From assembly GCA_965216875.1 (NCBI GenBank), contig OZ244207.1:7616001-7680000 (forward strand): a DNA stretch of 64,000 nucleotides, in the 5' to 3' direction. Of the stretch, positions 56,852 through 64,000 are shown in pieces. Under the pieces are notes generated by a model. That model saw nothing but the letters and a program-made list of their open reading frames with translations. It was not told the origin of the DNA and did no database searches. A program made the position numbers and the translations under genes. Numbering within the stretch: position 1 is the first letter of the stretch; every line of letters begins with the position of its first letter. This DNA comes from Rubripirellula sp. GTDB taxonomy: Bacteria; Planctomycetota; Planctomycetia; Pirellulales; Pirellulaceae.

Positions 56852-59562
56852 TGGCGGCCGAGGAAACGCGTCTTGCAGAGAGCGCTGCCCGCAAAAAGAA
56901 CTGGCAGCGCTGGGGGCCCTATTTGTCGGAGCGGCAATGGGGCACCGTTCGTGAGGACTACAGCGAAGGTGGCGACGCCACGTGGAGCTATTTTCCACAC
57001 GACCACGCTCGCAGCCGCGCCTATCGTTGGGGCGAAGATGGGCTGCTTGGCGTTTGTGACCGCCAATGCCGACTCTGTTTTTCTGTCGGGTTGTGGAATG
57101 GTCGCGACGCGATTCTGAAAGAGCGTTTGTTTGGGGTGACCGGCCCAGAGGGCAATCACGGCGAGGACGTGAAGGAGTGCTACTACTACCTCGATAGCTC
57201 GCCGTCACACAGCTACATGAAGGCTTTGTACAAGTACCCGCAAAGCCGCTACCCGTACGAAGAGCTCGTGGAAGTTGGTCGCAGTCGCGATCGTACTGAG
57301 CCTGAATACGAACTCGCCGACACATCGGCATTTGATGGTTCGCGTTACTTTGATGTCGTTGCCGAATACGCCAAGGCCGGCCCCAACGACTTGTTGATCA
57401 AATTGACGATCACCAACCGAGGTCCCGCGCCGGCTGTCTTGCACGTTTTGCCACAGCTGTTCTTTCGCAACACGTGGACGTGGCACTGCACCGATGAAGG
57501 TTGCACGACCCGTCCGTCGATGTCGCTCGACAACAATGTTGTCACGACGATGCACGAATCGCTCGGTGAGTTTTGGTTCGCCTGCGACGGTATGGGCACG
57601 CCCGAGCAATGGACGTGGTTGTTTACCGACAATGAAACCAACGTTCGCCGGCATCACGGATTGCCGTGTGAGTCGGATTATTACAAAGACGCCCTCAATA
57701 ACTACATCGTGCTGGGCGACACGCACGCGGTGAATCCCAAGCAAAGCGGCACCAAATGCGGTTCCTACGGGCTGATGATGATTGGTCCAGGCCAAACCAA
57801 TACGGTGCGTCTGCGGCTTTCGCATGTCGACGAACCGATCGTGGCCGAAGCGAGCAACGGTGAAACAACGAATTATCATTCCGCTGCGTTTGGTGAATCG
57901 TTCGATAAGTGCTTCGAAGATCGTAAGCGTGAGACGGACGAGTTCTACGCGACTCGAATTCCCGAGTCCGTCAGTGATGATCGCAAGGCAATCATGCGTC
58001 AATCGTACGCCGGGTTGCTGTGGACCAAGCAGTTCTATCACTACTCGGTTGCAACGTGGCTTGATGGTGACCCCAGTGGCGTGGTCGGCAATCCGAGTCG
58101 CAAAGAGGGACGCAACAGCGATTGGCGTCACCTGTTTAATCGAGACGTCATTTCAATGCCCGACAAGTGGGAATACCCTTGGTACGCGGCGTGGGATCTG
58201 GCGTTCCACATGGTGCCGATGGCAACCCTCGATTCACACTTTGCAAAAGAGCAGATGATTCTGTTCCTGCGCGAATGGTACATGCATCCAAGTGGTCAGA
58301 TCCCAGCCTATGAGTGGCAACTCGGCGATGTGAACCCGCCGGTCCACGCGTGGGGCGTGTGGCAGGTCTACAAAGCGACCGGACCACCACAGCAACGCGA
58401 CAAAGTCTTTCTGGCACGCGCGTTCCAGAAGTTGTTGATCAACTTCACTTGGTGGGTGAATCGAAAAGACCCTCGCGGCAAGAACATCTTTGCGGGCGGG
58501 TTCCTTGGGCTCGACAACATCGGAGTCTTCGATCGCAGCAAGCCGTTGCCACTCGGGCATCTCGAGCAGGCCGACGGTACGGCTTGGATGGCGTTCTACT
58601 GTGGCACGATGTTGCGGATGGCCATCGAGTTGGCCGAAGACCATCAAGCCTATGGCGACATGGCCAGCAAGTTCTTTGAGCACTATGTCGCGATCGCCGA
58701 AGCGATGAACTCAATGGACGGCACAGGCCTTTGGGATGAAAGTGACGGGTTCTACTACGATCATTTGTTTGTGCACGGTGAATCGATCCCAATCCGCGTT
58801 CGTTCGCTCGTCGGCCTGTTGCCGTTGATGACGAGTGTGATTTTAGAAGATGAGATCATCGACAAGCTTCCCGGCTTCAAACGTCGCATGAGTTGGTTCC
58901 TGGATAACCGTGACGATCTTGGGCAACACATGACGTATATGGAACACGAGGATCCCAAGTCGGGCACGCCCTGCCGCCGGTTGCTCGCGATTCCATCGCA
59001 AGATCGTTTTCGCAAACTGATTTCGGTCATGCTCGATGAGAAAGAGTTCTTGTCGCCCTACGGCATCCGCAGTCTTTCCGCAGCCCATCGTGACGACCCG
59101 CTCGAATTTGATTTTGGCGGCCAGCATCACGAAGTCCACTACGTGCCTGGCGAAAGTGAAAGCGGCATGTTCGGTGGCAACAGCAATTGGCGCGGCCCGA
59201 TTTGGTTCCCAACCAACTTTTTGTTGATTCAGTCATTGAAACGTTACCACGTGTTCTATGGCGACGACTTCAAGGTCGAATGCCCGACCGGCAGCGGCAA
59301 CATGATGACGTTGATTGAAGTCGCGCATGAGCTTGAACGACGCATGATTTCGTTGTTTGAACGCGTCGAAGACGGAAGCCGACCGGCTCACGGGGAAGAC
59401 ACAAAGTACCGGGACGACGATGCTTGGAAAGAACTGATTCTGTTCTACGAGTATTTTCACGCGGACAATGGCAAAGGCCTCGGAGCGAGCCACCAAACTG
59501 GCTGGACTTCGCTCGTCGCATCAATGATTCGCAGCCAAATGAATGTGAAAAGTTGGCAGTGA
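56851..59562 (+). CDS. GH63 / MGH1-like glycoside hydrolase
   Basis: WGPYLSERQWGTVREDYS, PDKWEYPWYAAWDLAFH, GLDN, WRGPIW and EYF..DNGKGLGASHQTGWT. Confidence 0.88.
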   Translation: MAAEETRLAESAARKKNWQRWGPYLSERQWGTVREDYSEGGDATWSYFPHDHARSRAYRWGEDGLLGVCDRQCRLCFSVGLWNGRDAILKERLFGVTGPEGNHGEDVKECYYYLDSSPSHSYMKALYKYPQSRYPYEELVEVGRSRDRTEPEYELADTSAFDGSRYFDVVAEYAKAGPNDLLIKLTITNRGPAPAVLHVLPQLFFRNTWTWHCTDEGCTTRPSMSLDNNVVTTMHESLGEFWFACDGMGTPEQWTWLFTDNETNVRRHHGLPCESDYYKDALNNYIVLGDTHAVNPKQSGTKCGSYGLMMIGPGQTNTVRLRLSHVDEPIVAEASNGETTNYHSAAFGESFDKCFEDRKRETDEFYATRIPESVSDDRKAIMRQSYAGLLWTKQFYHYSVATWLDGDPSGVVGNPSRKEGRNSDWRHLFNRDVISMPDKWEYPWYAAWDLAFHMVPMATLDSHFAKEQMILFLREWYMHPSGQIPAYEWQLGDVNPPVHAWGVWQVYKATGPPQQRDKVFLARAFQKLLINFTWWVNRKDPRGKNIFAGGFLGLDNIGVFDRSKPLPLGHLEQADGTAWMAFYCGTMLRMAIELAEDHQAYGDMASKFFEHYVAIAEAMNSMDGTGLWDESDGFYYDHLFVHGESIPIRVRSLVGLLPLMTSVILEDEIIDKLPGFKRRMSWFLDNRDDLGQHMTYMEHEDPKSGTPCRRLLAIPSQDRFRKLISVMLDEKEFLSPYGIRSLSAAHRDDPLEFDFGGQHHEVHYVPGESESGMFGGNSNWRGPIWFPTNFLLIQSLKRYHVFYGDDFKVECPTGSGNMMTLIEVAHELERRMISLFERVEDGSRPAHGEDTKYRDDDAWKELILFYEYFHADNGKGLGASHQTGWTSLVASMIRSQMNVKSWQ

Positions 59563-59572
59563 AACCTCCATC

Positions 59573-59925
59573 CTCGTTACCACGCTCTGCGTGGTAACGC
59601 ACTCTCGGACGCTCCGCGTCCTCTCGTAGGTCATGCTTCGCATTACACGCGTTCGATCGCGTAAGCGGCCGGGCCTTAGTCGTCTTCACATTAGCTGCGC
59701 GTCGGCAAGGGCCCGAGGCCTGACGGTCAGCGGCTCACGGGCACTGCCCAGGCTGCGCAAGAGGAGGGAACGAGTACCGCTTTGCTGAGTACGAGCACGG
59801 GTCACTCGCCAACTTTTCGTTTGCTCCGCGCGGTGCGCGATTGTTTGGGCGGAAGGAGGGAAGATTCCGGCTAAAGCTCGGTACTACGAACAAGCACCTC
59901 TGTGATCTCTGCGCCCTCTGTGGCT
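59573..59925. repeat. Composite intergenic mosaic of several repeat families
   Basis: CGTTACCACGCTCTGCGTGGTAACG palindrome; GCGTAAGCGGCCGGGCC (inverse of the 47210 copy); GCCCGAGGCCTGACG..CAGCGGCTCAC (inverse of the 61139 copy); GAGTACGAGCACG; family A copy at 59861-59891; CTCTGTG/CTCTGCG run. Confidence 0.75.
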
Positions 59926-59965
59926 TACCCAATCCGATTGGCTGCAAGTGGGCGCAGCCCGCACT

Positions 59966-60079
59966 TCAATCGTCGAATTCATCATCCATTGGTGGAGCAT
60001 TTCGCATCAGCAAAACGACGACCACAGTGCTCAGGGCGCACCCGAGCACCAAGACGACGGCAGCGGTTAGTAGCCACAT
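59966..60079 (-). CDS. Candidate small membrane protein (37 aa)
   Basis: MWLLTAAVVLVLGCALSTVVVVLLMRNAPPMDDEFDD: one TM helix plus acidic tail; below the ORF-track cutoff. Confidence 0.5.
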   Translation of the reverse strand: MWLLTAAVVLVLGCALSTVVVVLLMRNAPPMDDEFDD

Positions 60080-60406
60080 TGCAGCCACCCACAGGGCGAG
60101 TCACAAGGCGAAATCGCGTCATCTGTTTTCCAGAATCAACGCCTGTTTCGCATCAACAACCGCGTGCTGTACCCGAGGCCTGGTAACCATACCTCTCCCA
60201 GGCCGTATCCAAACTCTACCTTACAAATCGGCCGGAGGCGCACGGATTCTGGGCATTGATCGCGCGTAGGCTGTTTGCCGCTTTCTCGGACTTTGAGCTC
60301 AGGTGGCGCGCGGAGATGCGGTTTGTGCGTCCAGAAAATGCGTAGACAGCCTCTCGGCGATGCTCCAGAATGAAATTCGACTCTCTTGCCCAAATGGAGG
60401 AATCTC

Positions 60407-61117
60407 ATGAACTTGCGACTCTTCGCGTTCGTCTCGCTCTTCGGTTGTTTTGGCGTTTCCACTCTCCATGCCGATCGATTGCAACTTGCCAACGGCGACG
60501 AGGTCGAAGGCGAGCTGCTTGAGATGTCGGGTGGGAATGTCAAGTTTCGCCATCCCGTGCTGGGTGAATTCACAGTGCCGCGAACGCAGGTTCACGCGAT
60601 TGAATTGGGGAAACAACGTGGTGGCAATCGGCTGATGGCAGATGGCACCGAAGCGCCCCCCGAGACGCCCGAAGAAGTGATCGACCGGTTAGTCAACCCG
60701 GAGCTTGATCGCAATGCGATCAGGAAACTCGAGAAGGGAAAGAAACGCCATCAGACGGCCGAGGGTGCGATCGAACAACTGATACGCGAAGGAGTCGACG
60801 CGAAGATGATGAGCCAGTTGCACGGGATGTTGCCAGGTTTCGGCAGCCCCGTCGTGCAAGACCATTTTCATGATCGTGTTACCGGCTTGATGAACGGTTC
60901 GCTGACGATCAACGACATTCGCGAAGAAGCGATCGACACGCGGGCTCAGCTCAAAGAACTGATGGACGACCTCGGTCCAAGTGGCCAAGCGTTACAGGGC
61001 TACTATGGAATCTTGGATGGGTTCATCAAAAAGACGGACCCCAAAAAACCACAGGCCCCGCCCGGTATCCTGCCGCTCGCTCCAGCCCCGATTGCTCCGC
61101 AATCAAAAACGGAGTGA
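60407..61117 (+). CDS. Secreted hypothetical protein
   Basis: GGAGG RBS; signal peptide (LHA|D); DRLQLANGDEVEG N-terminal beta module. Confidence 0.75.
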   Translation: MNLRLFAFVSLFGCFGVSTLHADRLQLANGDEVEGELLEMSGGNVKFRHPVLGEFTVPRTQVHAIELGKQRGGNRLMADGTEAPPETPEEVIDRLVNPELDRNAIRKLEKGKKRHQTAEGAIEQLIREGVDAKMMSQLHGMLPGFGSPVVQDHFHDRVTGLMNGSLTINDIREEAIDTRAQLKELMDDLGPSGQALQGYYGILDGFIKKTDPKKPQAPPGILPLAPAPIAPQSKTE

Positions 61118-61138
61118 GTTTTCAACCTTTGGCTGCAA

Positions 61139-61320
61139 GTGAGCCGCTGGGCGTCAGGCCTCGGGCTTTGACTCTTACGCTTGTGATTTCTGAATGTCGC
61201 CTTTCGCTCCGCGAAAGTAGCGGCGGCAAACGTAACTCTTGCGGCGCACAAGGCGGCTATGTCGAAGGTCGACTGCAAAAAATCACAGCCTCTCGCTACG
61301 CTCTGGCGAGCGTAGCGACG
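61139..61320. repeat. REP-like mosaic between convergent genes
   Basis: GTGAGCCGCTGGGCGTCAGGCCTCGGGC, GTCGCCTTTCGCTCCGCGAAAGT and CGCTACGCTCTGGCGAGCGTAGCG. Confidence 0.7.
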
Positions 61321-61332
61321 TTCACGAAATCA

Positions 61333-64000
61333 CTACTGGGCGTCTTTTCCAAAGAACAGCACGCGTGACGAACCGGACGAGCCTTGGTTGTAGGTGTAAC
61401 CCGCTTCCAAAGCGCGATCGATTCGTTCTTTCGACTCGGTCAAGTGAGCCTTGGTGTAGGCGTCCATCTTGTCACCACACTTTGCCAAGCTGCTGCTGAT
61501 TCGCTCGGACAGCGTTCGAAGTTCCATACGGGCCAAGTTCGAGATCGGCTTGTAGGCGGCAGTGCTGCTGCTGGTCTTGAGGACCAAGTCCATTAGCCGC
61601 TGCAGGTGTTCGCGTTGCAGGTTGCGACGCAGCGACGAAATCATCGGCTTGCGATCGTTGCGATCCTCTGGGCATTCCTTATCGATTTCCGTCCAGACCG
61701 ACTTGTTGACCGTGTCGAGTAGTTCGGGCAACGTCAATGCATCTTCCTCTTCAGGGAGACGAAGTTCGTTGTCATAAACGCGTCGCAAAGTGGTTGGGTT
61801 CATCAGCAGTGTTAGCGCCGATGCTTGGACGCCGAGGATTCGATCGTGAATGGGCCACGCTGCTTCGCTGCTCATCGAGTGGAATCCGCCACCGTCGAGC
61901 CATTTGTCGACGCTCATTCGCTCGAGCAACTCGGGGGTCAAGCCGTAAGCTTCGTCGTAGAACGTGGTGTCGATCACGAACTTCAACGCTTTGCGTTGTT
62001 GATCGGCAGGAACGACTTTGACAGGCGGTCGATCGCCGGGGTCGCCCTTTTTGTCACGATTGACAAAGGCACCGCCGATCCAGTTGGCCATCATACTGCC
62101 GCTACGGGTTTGCAATCCGAGGGTCAGTTCGTAGCCGCGACGAGCTTTGGCCCAGCTGTCACCTTCTTTGACGAACTTGTCCAAAATGCGTTCGCGATAC
62201 AGTTTGACCAATCGCATCTGCTCTTCGGCGAAATCGAGTGGATCCGCTGCAAAGTCGTAGCGTCGCGCGAGCGGGTCGGGGCCGCTGGTGTCTTCGTCGG
62301 TTGCGTATTGCAACTCAGGCTCGCTGCAGCGTTTGAGGATTTCAGGCAACTTCTTGTCGTCAAAGGTGTAGCCGTATTCGATCGCCCAGTAATCGTAGGG
62401 ACCGATGTCGATCATCGCGTAGTCGCCTTGGATTTCACCAGCTTCGTAACGCAGGTTGATTGGAATGTAGTCCATCACCGAGGAAGCGAACGGCTTGCTG
62501 CCTTTGACATCCTTGCTGTTGATCTGCTCGAGCGTCATGTGCGAGGACGCTTTGAAGTTGTGGCGAAGTCCGAGGGTGTGACCCACTTCGTGAGCGACGA
62601 GGTCGGCAAGCAGTGGGCCGACGAACCATTCGGGCATGCCGTCTAGCAGGTCAACGTTGTCTGCTGGCTTGTCGCCTTTCTTTTCGTCGTCCTTCTTATC
62701 GTCTGACTCTTTCTCGTCTTTGTCTTCCTTGTCCTCTTCGTCATCGCCTTCCTTGTCGTCACTTTCTTTTTCTTCTTTGTCGGCGGCTTCTTCGTCCTTG
62801 TCTTCGTCGCCTTTCTTCTCTTCTTCCTCTTTCTTTTTCTTCTCGGCTTCTTCAGCAGCCAGCAGGGTCATTGCCCAGTTCATACGTGCCAAAGCGAGGT
62901 CCATGCTGCGTGCGCCAGCGGCCATGCACAGGCCGTTCTTTTGGCTCACTCGCCCATACAGGCCATCAAATTCGTCGTCGCCGAGAATCGAAGGGTTGGC
63001 TTGAGCCATCGAGAAGCCAGCCATTGGCTGGTGAGCTTGTCGTGCAAACTTTTCACGCAAGTAGTTGTGCTGTTCGGCGGGTGCCAAGCGAATACGGGGG
63101 TCCCAATTTGGGTTTTCGCCGAGCCAAGCGAGGGTTTCGGGGCTTGCCCCTTCCATCGCAATCTGTGGCATCAGGTCTTCGTAGTTGAAGTTGAAGTGGC
63201 GAATCCAGCCATCGGTCAGGACCACATCGGCGTCAAGGATTTCACCTGTCATGGGATGAACACGTGAAGGGCCGATTGCCGTGCCAACATCGTTGTTCAA
63301 CCAGCGGATGAAGTTGTACCGAATGTCTTCGGGGTCTTTTTCCATGTGAGCGCCAGGAGAGCCGGCGTCTTGGTAGATGACGACGATCGCGTCATCGATC
63401 CCCACTTTTCGGAACGCGTCGTTCCAGTATTCGATGCCCGCTTTAATCCATCGACGGTAGCGGACAGGAGTTGTGTGTTCGACGTAGAACTCGATCGGTT
63501 TCTTCGGCGGGCTGAGCTTCAACTTGGAATCGCGTTTTTGCAAATTCCAACGATTGATGTAGCGGATGGTGGTTTCGTCGTCCTTGTACTTGCCCAGGTC
63601 CGAATAGGTCGTCGTGAAATATCCAATGCGTTCGTCGGCCTTACGTGGCTTGAAGCCTGGTGATGCGACGGGGACTTCGCTGAACGAGTAGTGCAGCGTT
63701 TGGAACTTGCCGCTCAAGCCGACGATTTCGAATGCGACTTCGACGTTCTTTGGAAAGACCTTCGCCGACTTGATCGACTTGATTCGCGTGTTGGTTACGC
63801 GAACGGGCGGGTTCATGCCGTAGGGGTCATTACTAAAGAACTGACTTGCGTTATTGATCAGCAGTGAATCGAGATCGATCACAGGACCGCCCGACGGTCC
63901 TGTCGCGACGATTGGGATGTCCAAGATCACGCGGTCGGTGAACAGGTTTTTGACCGAAGCTTTTGATTCGGCATCGCCACTGGCACGGATGGTCAGGTTG
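61333..64000 (-). CDS. Zinc-dependent metalloprotease (DUF5117/DUF4953, EcxA-like), 5' partial
   Basis: ADERIGYF, YINRWNL, WNDAF, HEVGHTLGLRHN (HExxHxxGxxH), SVMDY Met-turn and GPYDYWAIEYGY; frame runs toward the window edge. Confidence 0.9.
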   Translation of the reverse strand, partial: NLTIRASGDAESKASVKNLFTDRVILDIPIVATGPSGGPVIDLDSLLINNASQFFSNDPYGMNPPVRVTNTRIKSIKSAKVFPKNVEVAFEIVGLSGKFQTLHYSFSEVPVASPGFKPRKADERIGYFTTTYSDLGKYKDDETTIRYINRWNLQKRDSKLKLSPPKKPIEFYVEHTTPVRYRRWIKAGIEYWNDAFRKVGIDDAIVVIYQDAGSPGAHMEKDPEDIRYNFIRWLNNDVGTAIGPSRVHPMTGEILDADVVLTDGWIRHFNFNYEDLMPQIAMEGASPETLAWLGENPNWDPRIRLAPAEQHNYLREKFARQAHQPMAGFSMAQANPSILGDDEFDGLYGRVSQKNGLCMAAGARSMDLALARMNWAMTLLAAEEAEKKKKEEEEKKGDEDKDEEAADKEEKESDDKEGDDEEDKEDKDEKESDDKKDDEKKGDKPADNVDLLDGMPEWFVGPLLADLVAHEVGHTLGLRHNFKASSHMTLEQINSKDVKGSKPFASSVMDYIPINLRYEAGEIQGDYAMIDIGPYDYWAIEYGYTFDDKKLPEILKRCSEPELQYATDEDTSGPDPLARRYDFAADPLDFAEEQMRLVKLYRERILDKFVKEGDSWAKARRGYELTLGLQTRSGSMMANWIGGAFVNRDKKGDPGDRPPVKVVPADQQRKALKFVIDTTFYDEAYGLTPELLERMSVDKWLDGGGFHSMSSEAAWPIHDRILGVQASALTLLMNPTTLRRVYDNELRLPEEEDALTLPELLDTVNKSVWTEIDKECPEDRNDRKPMISSLRRNLQREHLQRLMDLVLKTSSSTAAYKPISNLARMELRTLSERISSSLAKCGDKMDAYTKAHLTESKERIDRALEAGYTYNQGSSGSSRVLFFGKDAQ

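Noticed and set aside
1..64000. CRISPR array, tRNA, rRNA, transposase, integrase or prophage genes
   Set aside because: No regularly spaced repeat-spacer series, cloverleaf or T-loop context, or recognisable recombinase or phage motifs found by eye. The repeats seen are REP-like palindromes.

Overview
A gene-dense window of about 57 CDS from a planctomycete chromosome, most likely Pirellulaceae. The assignment is inferred from TIGR02996-LRR, DUF1559, DUF1501/DUF1549-DUF1553 and BBP7-like genes, an ECF-kinase pair and a sulfatase. I found no rRNA, tRNA, CRISPR array, transposase or integrase. Main content: a molybdate-type ABC transporter; a patch of small orphan genes; astB/astD; a stand-alone five-gene (pseudo)pilin cassette; a Tat-exported Mo/W-bisPGD oxidoreductase operon (Fe-S subunit, catalytic subunit, TorD chaperone) with no membrane anchor; a sigma-70 paralogue; a C-terminally truncated SecA paralogue divergent from an outer-membrane beta-barrel; a methyltransferase-LarE-kinase run; a voltage-sensor-like membrane protein with no pore; a redoxin/cytochrome c/Cu-monooxygenase fusion; pgk coupled to a GH63-like glycosidase; and a partial zinc metalloprotease. 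Many intergenic spaces are mosaics of several REP-like palindrome families. The strongest candidates for undescribed biology are the anchor-less dual-Tat molybdoenzyme with a His-for-Cys Fe-S motif, the truncated SecA/beta-barrel pair and the pore-less voltage-sensor protein. All family assignments come from motif recognition by eye; no database search was run.
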